Positions 26,061-40,194 of a stretch of 64,000 nt of DNA are shown piece by piece. The translations under genes and the position numbers were made by a program. The stretch comes from Lama glama (lineage: Eukaryota). Numbering within the stretch: position 1 is the stretch's first letter; each line of letters starts with the position of its first letter. The stretch is taken from positions 18,354,001-18,418,000 of the forward strand of contig CM052816.1 of NCBI GenBank assembly GCA_028534125.1, written 5' to 3'. The notes beneath the pieces are model-generated. The model ran no database searches. It had not been told where the DNA came from and saw only the letters and a list, made by a program, of their open reading frames with translations.

Positions 26061-27399
26061 TTCTATCTGAGTTCTCTCTGCCCACAGCCACTCTACTACA
26101 TTCACCAAAAGATACTGGTGAATATCCTTTAGCATTTCCATACTGGACCCTTGATCTTTTCCATGTCGATGTGTATGACTCTAGTGCAATATAGGACTTT
26201 TTACACATTTGTGGCCAAGTCAATAGCATGTTGTGACTGAAGGTAGCCTTGCTTCCTTAAGACAGTTCTAGTAGCACGGTTTGATGGTGTACATGAGAAT
26301 GGGGACTGGCTAAGACGCTACTGGAGAAGGCTAGTGGGAGGTGATGAGGGCCTAAACAAAGTAAGACAGTGGTTGTGATCACTAAAGGGAGGAATCTGTG
26401 TGACCGTCATTTGGAGCTAAAAAAAAAAAAAAAGACTTTTCAATCGAGGGCACAAGTTCAGCCTGGAAGTTCCTGTGAAAGTCTGGCCTAACAACCACAG
26501 GATAAATTGTTTTACTCTGATCTTAAGTTGCCCTAACAGAGATGACCATCAGGCTGAAATTTAGTAAAAGTAAGACTCATTAGAGAAGATTTATAAAAAC
26601 AAAGCTCAGACAACCAAATCCATTAGCACTACTTACAGATCCTTACCTTATAACAGACCACTGTCCAGAGAAAAGTGACAGTGTACTATGAGGGCAGGGG
26701 GCATACATATTCCATATACATAATACATAGTGTTCTATTATAATTGCATATTCATAAACAGTGCACGCATATCCTAAAGGTTCTTTACATGATTGTTAAA
26801 GACTTCTACCTGAAATAACTGACTCCCTTCCAGATAATCAGAGAATGAGTATTTCTACTGAAAAACAGACCTTTCCACATGATGTGGAAAAAAGATTCTG
26901 TGTAGATTCGTAATTAGAATCATGAGCTCTGGAATGAGACAGCCTGGGGTCACCTTGGGCAAATCACTTAACCTTGCTTTTCCTTCATCTCTCAAGTAGG
27001 GGTAGTAATACTTGCCTTACAAAGTTCCAGTACATAGTAAGTACTGGATAAATATGGGCTTCTAGCACGTTACAAATGTTATCTTTCAGGAATTATTCTG
27101 ATCCGTAGCAGGTACTAGTTAGGGAACTGGTTACATATTATCTGGTTGGCAGGCAAGGCACAACTCACTCCAAGTTGTTATACAACATTGCTAGAAAAAA
27201 AAATTCTCTATTTCTAAACATAATCTGTTCTGTTTGGATTATTATATTATACTATTAGAATGTTACATATAAACAATACATGAATGTATATACAGTATTA
27301 AGTATGTAATTGTGAAGCAACAGGTACAACCAGTATGAATTTGCTTCATGAATCTCAAGAGTAAGAAACCTCACATCTTATCTGCTACTTGGTATAAAT

Positions 27400-27620
27400 G
27401 AAACTCTGGAATGAGAGAGAATACCTGGGTGGTTCACATCTTGGCTGTGTGACTGGAGACAAGTTACTTAGCCTCTCCATGCCTCAGTTTCCTCCCTTGA
27501 AAAAAAAAGCTAATAATTTTACCTATGACACAGAAATATTGTGAGGATTAAATTAATATGTGAAAATCACTTAGAAAAATGTCTGGTGCATCATAAGTGC
27601 TCAATAAATGCTGACCCTTA
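27400..27620 (+). mobile_element. MIR SINE
   Basis: gctgtgtgactggagacaagttacttagcctctccatgcctcagtttcctc...gtgaggattaaat...aagtgctcaataaatg. Confidence 0.85.
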
Positions 27621-30600
27621 TTTTTTAATTTTTCTAAATCATGTGAAATCTGGCCCAGTGTCTCCCACCCAGGCTGCCAGGAAATTCTGCCTGTCAGAAT
27701 TCAGTCAGTCTAGGGCGTTGTCTTCTGCATCACACCACAGGCCTGAAGACTCATCTGTGTATCCAAAGAGGGCTCTTGGCCTACACCCTTCTCCTTGTGG
27801 ACACATTATACCCCTAACACACACGGATCACTACCATCTGTCCAAGTTGTGGCTCCATTTTATTTATTCAACAGTTTGCTTGTTGAGCACTATATCCCAG
27901 ATACTACAGCAGGTGCTGAGAATAATAAAAACAAAACAGACAAAAATCTCTTCCCCTATGGAGTTTCCAATGAATCAAGATCTCCAGGCCTACTGATGCT
28001 GAACTTCCACAAAAGACCCCTTGGCATTGGTCAATCCCCCAGCAATCTGAAATTAACCCCACTTTGGGGTCATTCTATCTCCAGAGAAGAGAGTTCAAGT
28101 GGAATCTGATGTCTGCACCTCAAAGAAAATTCCCAAAGCCAATGAGGTTTCAGGGAGTGTCTCTCCACCACCAGGTGCCCTCTTCCCCCAAGGCCCTCCC
28201 CTTCACTGGACCTTGATCCCAAAAAAAAGGGCAGCATATGGTTTTGAAAACCATCCCTAAAGCCTCCAGAAACTGCGAATTTCCTCCTGAGCCAGGACCA
28301 CCTGGCTCACCAGAGCCCTCCTGGCCACCTCCTCAGGAGGCAGAAGGCAAAACGCCACTCATCCCCCCGTGAAGAGCCTTCGGCTAAGAAAATGAGACAG
28401 GCTCACCTCCCAGGCAGGTTACTCAGACACCCAGCAATGCAGAAGGGGTCAAGGGAGAAGGCATTCCTTAGCGAGTGGTAGGTGGCATCTGGGTTACAGA
28501 GCTGTCACAGAGAAGGAAGACCCAGAACAGACTGGTGCATCTGACAACCAGAAGAAATTTTGAGAGAAACATTGCAGCAGAGTTCAGGAACCAGGCTTCA
28601 GACGGTCAGGAGGCCATAGGGAAAATCAACAGCACAGGTGGGAGCCAGCTATGATTACAAAGGATGCTTCTTCCTCTCAGAAAGAAGAGCACAGGAAGAG
28701 GATCAAGGCAGATAAGAGATGAGGACCGAGGAGGGAGCTCTTGCCCAAGAGCTCAGTGAACTGAGGATGAGATAGAGAGGGTGCAAGAATGATGGTGGAT
28801 TCTGTAATCTCCCCTCTACCATCTCCCCAAGAGCAGGGAAGGGGCATTATCTGGCTAGTAAGGATGGGTCTCTGCTAAGAATCAAGCCTCCTTCAGCCAG
28901 ACAAGAGGCCAGACCAGTGGCACTCACTATGGTTAGAAAAATACCACATTTTTTCCCTATGTCTATCAGACTTCTGATAATCTGGTTTTTGCCTGTTTCA
29001 CATCCTGCCACTCTCCTCTTTGTTCATTATGATCCAGCCCACTGGCTTCCTCATTCTTCCTGAAACACACCAAGGCCTTCCTTGACCATCCTAACCAAAA
29101 CAGGTCTTCTCTCTGCTTACCACTCAGTCCCTTCCTGTCCTTTTACCCAGGTCCATGGGCTTCCCTTCTAGATTCTAAGAGCTTAGGGGTAGTGTCTTTG
29201 CTACAAGTTTTTTACATTACAGTGACTAGATGCTATCCAAATTTGGTCTGGAAAAAATGTAAAAAGTATTCTGCATAGCTCCAGATGGCTTTGTAAATTA
29301 AATTAAACCCACAACTAGCCCAAGAACTTTCCCCGTCATAATTACATTATTGATCATTAACGTTTAAAGACGTTATAAAATGAATCCTGGACATTGCAAT
29401 AAATTATCATTGTCTACTAGGCAGGTTCCATGGATCAGGTGCCCCTGGAGCCTTTTGAGACTATCCGATGATGTAATTTAAATGATGTAGTTTTGCTCTT
29501 TGGTAAGTGGGAGGACAGCATGGGCAGCGCTAGGGACAAGTGTGTGTGCACATACAACCTACACGATGGGCATCTCGCCCACATGTAGAATAAAAGTATA
29601 TTACAACTCCCTCTCACTCCCAAGGTACCTGCTTTTCCAAGTCATGTTTAGCTTCCATCTCAGCATGATGCAAGACCTCTTGAGCGGCTCCCAAATCCCA
29701 TCACTCCCTGATGGTCCACTCACCCTGAGATACCTGCACCTCGCCTGACACATTAGGCTCTAAGGCATCACTAATAATAACAACAACAATAACAACAATT
29801 TATTAAGTGCTTAATCTGTCCCTTCACCACGTCAAGTGTTCTGAATGCGCTCATTCACTGCACCATCAATACTGTCATCCTCATTTTCATCCTCAGATGA
29901 AACAGATGCAGCTCAGAGTCAGAGTCAAGATTTAAATCAAGATCTGACTCTGAAGCCCAAACTCTTAGCAGCTCCTTCTCCTCAGTAGACCCTCCCTGAT
30001 TCTCTTGGTGGCCTGGTTATAGCCTTCACAGCTCAGCTTAAGAATGCCTCCTCCAGGAAGCCTCTGCTTACTGTCCCTCCATATCCCCTCTTGGGCTCGG
30101 TGCCTCTTCTCTGCTAACTTCTGTTATGGCACTGACTGAGCTACACTGAATTTGCCTGTTTGTCTCCCTGACGGTCATGAGAGCAATACTGAGAGATATT
30201 ACATGCAACCTTTGTATTCCTGGTATCTGGTTCAGTAGGTATTCTCCGGATGGATGGATAGACATAAATTTATGTATACACAGATATAACCTTAAATACA
30301 TCACAGTAATTTATAAGACTCAGTTTCCACTTCTAAAGAATATGAACATGCTGAAAGAGAGATTTTATTTGCCATAGATTGATTAAAAAAAAAAACCCAG
30401 CACTCAAAGTCTGACCAAAATCAACTCAACCTATTAAGAAATTTTCTATAGATCTCATGGCTTGGGGGTTGGCCCCCTGAATAACAAAGGAGACTACTGC
30501 CTCTTCAAATACTAAACAGAGGTGTCAAGGGGACCTTTGCATTGGTTGCTGAATATTCATACCCCTCATTTGACATCTAAGAACAGAGAGCTAGCAGTCG

Positions 30601-33200
30601 CCTCCATGACCAAAATGTGTCTTCACCAGAAATAAATGCTGCATGCTTCCCAGCGTTGGGGGTGTGATGAATTTCCACACTTACCAGAGAAGTGAAAGGA
30701 GCCACTGAGGATGTCCAGGCTGGAAGCCTCGGGTAACAGCAGGCATAGATATCACCAAGAGAAAAGAAACCCACATTACTAAGTACCTAGCTGAGGTATG
30801 TGTCGGGCTCTTTGTCTACATAACAATGTCCTTTAAAATATCAGAGGGTAGAAATGAGCATTGTGACAGAGGGGAATAGGAGACACCCTTTAAAAGTTCT
30901 CTCTGTGCTCTAGAAGTGAAAAATTATGGTGATTTGGGAGGAGGAGGGGTGTTCATAATTAACACACCTTATTGTTATGTGGCCCAGAACCACATGAAAA
31001 AGAACTTGAACACTGTCTACAAAGGGGTTAACTTTGTTGGTCAGGTCGGTGGTAGGAGGTGGCAGAATAGGAAATAAGGTTAATTTTTAAGGGAAGTCTG
31101 AGAGAAAAATTCCTAGAAGTGAGAAGTCTGGCCAAGATCTGTGTGTGAGGGACAAGCAGGGGATCTGAGCTCAGCAGACAGTGGTCCTCAGATCCTCCTC
31201 GGCCTCCCCAAGAGTCAAAATGAGCTGTGTGCAGGGAGCTAAGAGTACTGGTTCAGTTTTAAAATCTCTCTCCATCCAGCTTTCAGGAGGCTAACTCATG
31301 TAGTCAAATAAAATGAAATAAGACAAGTACTCCTCCACTTAGGAGCATCAGAAGCAGAATCATGCAGGCCTGAATCCTGAAATAAAGAAACTATGGAACA
31401 ATGGAAGGCATTACTTCACCCGAGGCATCACTTCCAGAGACCCTGTTGGGTTGCTGCCCTCTAGAAAAGCATGAGAAGAGACAGCCATTTCTGGGGTAAA
31501 CAGATGGAAATCTGGAAATACGTATGATGGAGAACAAGTGGTCATCCCTGCCAAGAAAGTAGAAGCCCCACATGCCAAGGAGGCATTCAAGGACCTGAGG
31601 AATTCAGTGCCCACCACCACATGGGGGTCCACCAGCCCAGCAACAGAACTGGAGAAGAAAGTCAGCAGCAGAGAACTCAGAGAAAGTCTGAAAGCAAAGC
31701 AGAGGGCAGAGGGCAGAGGGCTAGACATACTCTGCAGAGGCATGGACCAGCCAGGAGACTTTATGCAAGCAGAACAAGAGATCAGAGGGTTGATGGGGGG
31801 TGGGGGCGCCAGAAAAGAGCTACCAACGCCCAGCAGCCATCGTGCCCGTGCACTGGACCAGCTACAAAGGGGTATTTCAGAAAACATTTCATACGTAGGA
31901 TACTTCAATCAAGCTTAAGAGGAGGCAATGAATGATTAAAAACAAAACCAAACCCTGCTATATAGCCTGAAAGGGCTCCAAACCATCAAGATTTGGGAAT
32001 TAATAAGCTTCCCAAAGGCAGAAGCCTTGACTGTCTTGCTCGCTGCTATGTCCTCCATGCCTGAATGCACTTGGTGCACAGTATCAGTCGGCATTTACTA
32101 TCTATCTGGTGGATGGATGGAAGCATGTCTACCAATGGGGCCAGGTTTGTATTCACCAGCTGCCAAGACCTGGAATATCTGGGTTACAAGCAATTCTTGA
32201 ACCAATGGTTATACCATTATTTCAGCACTTATTTCTCATATCATCAAAATACTGGTAATATTGATATTCTTCAAGTGCCAAGAATTTAAAATTTTAAATT
32301 TAAAAAAGAGACACAAAATCCTAAGCATGTTTCAAATATAAAACTGTACATACAAATAAAAGCATCAAGTAAAGATGAAATATGGGCAAAATATATGTTA
32401 TGCATATATCAGCATTATATTCATAGGAGGGAAATTAATTTTAAGCATTATTTTAAAAATAATTACATAAAAGTAAAATGTAAAGTGATTTTAAAAAGTA
32501 AAGCATGTCAAGGATATCATTGCTGAGCTATATGCACATTTCTCTGAGAGAGAAACTTGGAAAATTTGGAATCATAAAAGAAAGTTATAGATAAACTCCA
32601 GATAGTTTATTTTTTCATCTACAACTGACCTAATATTTTATTTGATAATTTAAGGAAATCTTCTGGAGAAATGTATGATTACTCCACCTTACCACTTACC
32701 ACTAGCTCTATCAACCTAGGACTACAATTTTTGTATTGGCTGGAGGGTGTGTTTTATATTTCAAGAAAGCGTTTTTAGTCTGTCTTTGTCTTCTGTTGTT
32801 TAATTAAGTATAAATGTTGATTTCCTATATCAATATCAGTATCTTTGGATGTATGTTCTCCTAGTTGATAAACTCTTTGAATGACAGAATTATTCTTGCA
32901 AGAAAAACTTTGCTTTTATTGACAATCAAATTTCTTTCTCTACTTAAAAACCATGAAAAATATGTAGAGGAATACTCAAAGTGAGCATATTCTTCACTGA
33001 TTAAAAATTTTAATGCATGACATAACTCTTTGGACAGGGCTTAAGATACAAATGTGTTCTGACTTTTACTGCAGAAATAAAATATTCTACCAATAACAAC
33101 AACAACAAAGCAGTATTGTGGCATTTGAAAATTGAACCATAAACCAAAAAGTGGAACTGCATTTTCTGAACCCTTGAAATGTCCTTTGAGGTGGTCATGC

Positions 33201-33228
33201 TTATAGTCATTTTATAGTCATTTTATAG
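33201..33228. repeat. 11-bp tandem duplication (ttatagtcatt x2.5) at the edge of a MIR fragment
   Basis: ttatagtcatt ttatagtcatt ttatag. Confidence 0.8.
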
Positions 33229-36200
33229 ATGGAGAAACTGAGGCCTGAAAAGTTAAGCTACCCTGTCCCTCATTAGTCAGTGAGTGGTAAAGCCAAAAAC
33301 GGTACCCAGGCAGGCTGACCCCAGAGGCTGTGCATGTTCTATGACTGTGAATCTTTGCACAGGACAGCACAGCCACCAGGGAAGGTCTGCAGAATTATGG
33401 ATCCACTTGGGGAACATTATTCAGTCAGACCTCAGGCTCAAAGAATTATGTGAAACTACAACTCTTCCTAGTAAGATTCAGTGTCAGATGGGATTTAGCA
33501 AGAGGCTGGAGCTCCTAAATAGATCTCTCAGCAAAGCGGGTTTTTGCCTGGGGTCTGCACTTCTCAAGGATGTAAATCTGGGCTAAAGTGACCTCCACTT
33601 TAACCTGGTTCCTGACAAAGTGGTGACCAGGCTGAGTCATTGCTCAATCAGTTCTTGCTACTCTTGTCTGTGTGCAGGAGAGAGAGCCAAAGATTTCATC
33701 TTCAGCATGATGACTCACTTCTTTTAGGATGAAGTTGTCGAGGAAACTAGTTTTAAGCCCTCCCCCTTGTGTATTCCTGGTTTTTATATCCACTGGGATT
33801 TGACTGGCCCACAGGCAGAAGCAGAGATGTGGGAGTTCTAACAGCAACTTGAATCATGAGGTCCCATGGCCTCTGTGGGCTTGGAGAAATCATTGTTGGC
33901 CCCTTATACTTTGGCGTGTCTGCCTGATTAAAAATTTACCTTGTGGAAATAAAAGATACTAGTTCAAAGCACAAAACTAGTTTAAGGCCAGACCCTGTAA
34001 TAATCACCTTTGTGTTTTATAGGCAAGTTACCAAGTTTCTCTGTGTCTCACGCTCCCATATTTAAAACAGGGATATAATAATGTATATCTCAAGGATCTA
34101 ATGTGAAGGTTAACAAATATAGTGATTGTTAGGCATACAGCCTGACACAGAATAATCAATAAACATCAGGTATTCCATATAATGATAAAAATAATTACTA
34201 TTATATATTTTCTGGATTGATCTCAGTTTGCAGTGGTAGTGACATACATAGAAATTACATGATCCTCATCCAGTCCAAAAGACATTCCTCAAACCCTGCT
34301 TTAGCCTTGCATTTCAATCTTCTCCACAAGAAGACAAGAGCCTGCTTTAGCTTTCATCACCTTTCCCTGTCTGCCCTCTAGCAAACATGTGAAGACAGTT
34401 AAGTGTTCATCAGACGCTGAGTAAGAGGGGATCTGTCATATTTAGAAATCATTTTGGAATGATGACTCACAGGGGAAATCATGTAGCAAATCTCAGAGGT
34501 TTGGGAAGAGCACAATTTATCACTAAACATGTTCACTGAGCACCTACTACATGCAAAACATAAGGCTGCCCACTCTTGGTGACACAAAGATAGTTGGTTC
34601 CCTCAAAGAGCTTAAAAATAGCAAAAGAGAGCAGATGTACACATACCAGCACAGCTCTTCACAACTTGACCCACCACCATGATGGCCAAGTCAGGGGGCC
34701 ACACAACAAGACCCAGAAGAGTCCAGGACATCTCAGGGGGCTAAGGGACTTGGTAGGACTTGAATGTAAAGAGAAAGTTGGGTGCTGAAGGCTGACCAGC
34801 AACTGAACCACAGAGGATCAGGATGGACCTTCCTTGAACACAGCAGGGGGCTACAAAGACCATATCTGGAAACAGTATGGAGAGCAGCCTGGCTGGAAGG
34901 GAAGGCTCAGGAATGAGAGTAGCTCAACATAATTCAAGAAGGTTTGCTAGAAGCTGCTTCCATTTCTCCTTTGGTTTCAGGCTAAGACATAGCCCTAAGT
35001 GGGGTGGAGAGAGTCATTGCCCAGGTATGGAGAGTGGCCTCTCTGTGACACTGTGACAGAGCAGAGGCAGTCACTTGGAGTCAGCTAGAAGCTCACTCTA
35101 AGCCCATGGTGGGACTCTGGCACCACACACCACTGCCAGACTGGAAAGCAGGTGGCCTCAACAGCACCCTCTCGGCTCAGTGCTGTGGGAGGACTCCTGA
35201 TGAGCACTGGGCAATCACACAGTCAGCATTCTCCTCCAGGAGGGCCAACAGAGCTGAGTGCTCTGTGTGGATAAGGACAGCAACTTCTCTGTATTTCCAG
35301 TGCTGGGCACAGTGTCTGGTGAGAGGCGGCACTGAGGAGAAGTTTGTTGAATGAATGAATGGATGAATGAACAGACCAACAGACTAAACTAGTCACTGAC
35401 TGACATTTCCATTTCTCTTCTTTCCTCCTCAACCTCCATGGCTTGAGAGCTTTGCCAAGACAAAATGGGAGGGAAGAACATTAGCACCACCAAACCCAAT
35501 TCTACAAGATGCTCCAAATAGGAAATGGCACCACAGAATTATTCTAGTTCAGATTGACTGCCCATATTAAGAAAACCCACTTGATAACTGGTACAGCAGC
35601 TGGCTCTCTTGGTCTACGTAGACAGTTTCCAGGGCAGGGAAAAAAAGAAATCCAATAAGGAAAGGCCAGTGATGAGCTAAGCGGGAAATCTTGACCACAG
35701 TCACATTAGACATCAGCCTTTGGTAGTTTATCTGTATAAAATAAAGTCACTTTCTCTATAAGCATTGGATTTCATAAATTTTTTTCCAGCTACATTAGTC
35801 TTCAGCTTATCAAATCATGCACTGCCACATCTCTTTATTCTGTAAATGAGGCCTAGTGTCAGAAAAATCTGTGCCTATAGGATATGGAAATCACATAGCC
35901 TCAAAGCCTGAGATCAGATTTAGCCCTCTTCCCCTCCCTCAAAAGAGGGCTAAATCCAGGATTTAACCGCTTTTAAGGTGGAGGAGGGGAAGGGCATTAG
36001 GAGAGAGGAGGAGTATTTGTGCAGGTTCAGTGAGCTGGATGGTGCCTCCTTGAAGGAGGGCTCCAGAGTGGAGGGGAGCATCAGCAATGGATGAACAGAT
36101 GTGATGGGGACCCTGATTGCCCTTGCACAGGCCAGCTCACTTTCAGCTAACTGTCTGGATAAACCAAGTGGCATTTTCATTGGAGGATGAGGAGGGAGGA

Positions 36201-36429
36201 GCTGGATAGAGAGGGAATGGCCTCACCAACCTGTCAGGCTACATGAACCTTTCCAAAGGCACCAACACTTCAGGAAACTCCGCTGAAGCAACGGGGAGGT
36301 CAGAATAAAGATAAGAGTGTAGAGCACAACTGCAGGGGGTGGGATGGAGGGCAGAGAAATAAAAGGCAAAGGGAGAGGAAAAAAAGGGAAAGGAAAGGAG
36401 AATCATGGCCTTATTTTTATTTATCAAAT

Positions 36430-36630
36430 ACTAATACAGTGCTTATTATTCACCAGGTACTGTCCTAAGCACTTTATAAATACTAACTCACTTAATTCTC
36501 ATTATGAGGCACATATTACAGGAAAAGAAGCTAAGCATGGAAAGAGTCAATGATCCAAGAGCACACGGCCAGCGTGTGGCAGGGCCACGACCTGAACCCA
36601 AACAGCCTTGCGCCAGTCCACACACCTAAA
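36430..36630 (-). mobile_element. MIR SINE
   Basis: gtgcttatta..ccaggtactgtcctaagcactttataaatactaactcacttaattctca...cctgaacccaaacag. Confidence 0.7.
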
Positions 36631-39600
36631 CACCCTCCATCAGGAAAGTCTTAGCCCTGTTATAATGTGAATATATGGCCCAAAGGTGTTAACATCCCAT
36701 AAAACAGTTAAGGAATGTTGACAGCTCTTCTATCTATTCTTAAAATATTAGATATTTCCATGTGAATGAATATTAAGCAGGGAAAAGAGTGAAGGGAATA
36801 ATTTTCCTTCAGGCTATAAAAGAAAATCAGTAGCCCATGGATCAGTTAAAAGCAAAGTAAGAGCCAAGATTTGGCCAACATGCCCAAGAGTTTCCATATG
36901 CCAATATTACAGTCTCACTAAGTCACCGGGCACTGGGAGGACAAGGAAGTTTAGGTGAGATATTAACAGAAAGCTAGCTTTGGGTACAAATGCTGTTATA
37001 CTGAACATGAAGGCTGCTCAACATGCCACCAGTATAACTGGCATGTCAGACCAGGTCTTCCCTTGAAGAGCTTTCATAAAAGTTCTTCCATGCTCTGTGA
37101 CAGGAATGGTTTAGGGGCAGGAATGGCCTGGGAAAACCTCCTGGTGTGATCCATCTTTTGATCGTTCCATCCTTTTGTAAGCTAGATGCCAAAGAAAGCA
37201 GGCCCACAACCATGTCGGTTTTCTGAGTTCCCACTCTATTCTGTCTAGCTGTGGGCTTTTCTTCCTCTGTTCCTCTCTGACCCTGCTCTTGAAAATCTCC
37301 CCTGCACCTGTCCCCCAGGAGTTATTGCTGCCTCTGTTCCCTGACTGAGCGTCCTTCTGGTTAGGGTATTCTTTGTGTCTTGATGGCGTGCCTCACGTTA
37401 CTCTCCTCTTCCTAGGGTCAGGAATGATGTTTCTCTGTGCTTCAAAAGCACAGTGGGAAAAAAATCTTTGATACACATTGAACTGTGTGTCATGATGTTG
37501 TCTTCGAAGTCCTGCTACAAATACAAAAAAGTGCCCACATAAAGATAAATAAAAATTTGGGCTTCAGCTATCAGCTGCTGTCAGCTTTCTGGAAGCATTA
37601 TATTCTAAAGTCTGTCTACAAATAAATAGCATATTTGGAGCTAGGTGACTTTATTACAGAGGAAGAAATGCCACTGTGGAAATTAATAAAGGTCTAATGA
37701 GAGAACACAGTCTCAAGAGAGACGCCCTTGTTTTAGCTGGGCCACTGCCCTCCTCTGAGGCACATAAGGGCAAGCAGGAATGGTTCCCACTGTGTTCTCT
37801 CTCAGAATTTCTTACCTGCTCTGCTGCCCAGTGTGTTGTGCTGATTTGCCAGCAGGAGGCAGCAGAAGCAGCATGGATGGGCTTTCCCCCAAAGACAAAG
37901 AGGCCAATGATGGGGCAGGATGGGAGTCCTTCCAGAGCAGGGTGTGCCAAGTGGTCTTCGGCTACTTTACGGGCCTACATTTCACCTTCTAATCAGACTG
38001 AATTTCTCCAGAGCAGGGCCATTTCAGCACCCAGAGAAAGCTAATCATTGAAAAACAAAACTGACTGCCCTCCATGCCTGCAGGTCAACTCACTATAGGA
38101 CCTTGTTGTGACGAGGCACTGAGAATTAGTAAAACACCTACATGACACTGCTGTTTGCTCTACTTTGTTGTGAGCCAGAAAGGGTACAGGAAAGCGTATC
38201 ACCTAATGGCCTGGAGGTTCCTACCTGGGTTGAGGAGAATCTGTTGCTCTTGTTCTTGAAGGAAAAAACCACAATCGTTGCCATGAATCCAATAACGCTA
38301 CTCCCCAAAAAGCCTCATTTGCAGCTGATGTTTGAGTAATAGCATCACCATGGGCCACTGCAGGGCCAAAAAAGCTTTGACAGCATCCTTGAAAATCACT
38401 TGGCTGCTACTGTGAGTTCTCAGAAATTGGAAACAAGACAATGTTGCCATCTGTGTTGGGAATTTTTTTTAATAGCTCTATTTATATTGTTCATATAATG
38501 AAAAGGGAATGTTTTGCATTTCCCAGAAATTGTTGTATATGTCCTCTTAAGACCCAATGAGGCAAATGTGATGAAAACTGGGACATTATGCTCCAGGGTA
38601 ATCAGCTGAAAAGTCAGTCCCTCTGAAGAATGCCAGTCTATCTGCTCTAATCCATGGGTCCCAGCTCCTATGGCACATGGCTACCCTGAGTAGGGCCAAA
38701 GAACAGGGTTGCCAAAAGCAGATAGTGGCTTCCTTCCCTCAAGGGAGGAAATAAGCTAATAAGTATAATTTTCTCAAGTGTACATTTTATTCCCATAAAT
38801 TTTACTTAAATATTGCCTATTACCAGTTTCCACTGGCCAGGACTCAGAATCAACTAAACAAGCAGCACCTATTAAATGCAGAAAAGGATGTTTGGTTGCA
38901 GCAACTCAAGTCAACTTGCTGGATCAAGCAGAAAAAGGAAGATGCTGTGTATGAATCTATGGATCACATGGGCAGAGTGGAACTGGGCCTTAGAGAGGGT
39001 CAGACACTATTTGAGCCTCTTTCTATACAAACTTCCTTCTTTCTCTCTTCTTAACTGGCATGCTTTGCTACTTATTCCACAGAATGGAAGATAGCTACCC
39101 AGGTATCTCAAGGTACATGTTAACTCCTCAGTAAATAAAGAGACTGCCTCTCTCCATCACAGTCTCAGTCAGCTGAGAAAACCTGGATTTAAATTTGGAT
39201 TCCACCCCTACTCCAACATATACCAAGAGGGGTGAGGTCAACAATACAAAATGTCCACAAAAGGCCCATCTTGTAACTGGGCATTAGGGCAAGGCAATTC
39301 CAAGAGAGGGAGGTGGTAGAGCAAGGAGCCACTACATGGGGGATGCAATGTCTCAGTGCTTCAGCACGCCAAAAACATGGGCCCAAGCCAAATACTACAG
39401 AAATCCAGTGGGGAAATACTAAGGAATGTTAATATGGGCTCTGGAGACACTGCAAGCACTTTCTCTTAGACAACACACGAAAAGAGAGAGGAACCTCTCT
39501 ACAACATCTCATTTAATCCTACAGGACAATGTGACAGGCTGTTTTGCAGATACAATACTGAGGATCAGAGGTTAAGTAGCTGGCCCAAGGCCACCTGGCT

Positions 39601-40029
39601 AGTAAACAGAGCAAAATTCAAACCCATGTCAGACTCCAAAACCCCATTCATGCTCCATCCATTCCTATACATTGACTCCCATATTAACTCTGCCCAGAGG
39701 TGAGTCTCCTTGGCTTGGAGACAAGCATTTACTCAGAAGCTGGCTGTCCTTTTCCGTGTCCAAGACTTCTCCAGGCCCTCAGTTTGTTTGCCAAGCCCTA
39801 ACTCAGCCAGTCCTGTAAGGACTCTGGCCACAGCACAAAGACCCCTAGCACCTCCAAGTCAGAAGGGCCCAGCAGGTACGTGACTTAGCTGCTCCCGCTT
39901 GAACACCCAGGCCACCCCTGGGGGGGAACATATCCGCCCCAAGCTACTCATAGGTCATATACTGTTCAAGTGCTACCAATGCCATTTTCCTGTTTGCGTT
40001 TCGTTTTTGTTTTTGTTTTGTTTTTACAG

Positions 40030-40194
40030 TTCGTTGCTCATCCTAACTGTCAACAGCAATTGCTTACCATGTGGTATGAAAATCTCTCAGGCTTACGTCA
40101 ACAGTCTATCGCTGTGAAATTCCTGGCTGTCTTTGGAGTCTCCCTAGGCCTCCCTTTTCTCGCCATAGCCTATTGGATTGCTCCGTGCAGCAAG
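40030..40194 (+). CDS. TRPC7: TRPC7 internal exon (likely exon 4), 165 nt, phase 0/0: [55 protein letters not shown] (linker/pre-S1 region)
   Basis: Long T-rich polypyrimidine tract + tacag acceptor (ends 40029); donor AAG|gtacag at 40195. [12 protein letters not shown] is a TRPC3/6/7 signature and the remainder matches TRPC7 as I recall it. Confidence 0.97.

Noticed and set aside
27541..28109. 151-aa and 104-aa ORFs
   Set aside because: Made largely of MIR and L2 tail sequence; no protein-like features.
31411..31935. Overlapping 165/126/104-aa ORFs on both strands
   Set aside because: No recognisable domain or splice context; the region looks like a degraded MaLR-type LTR.
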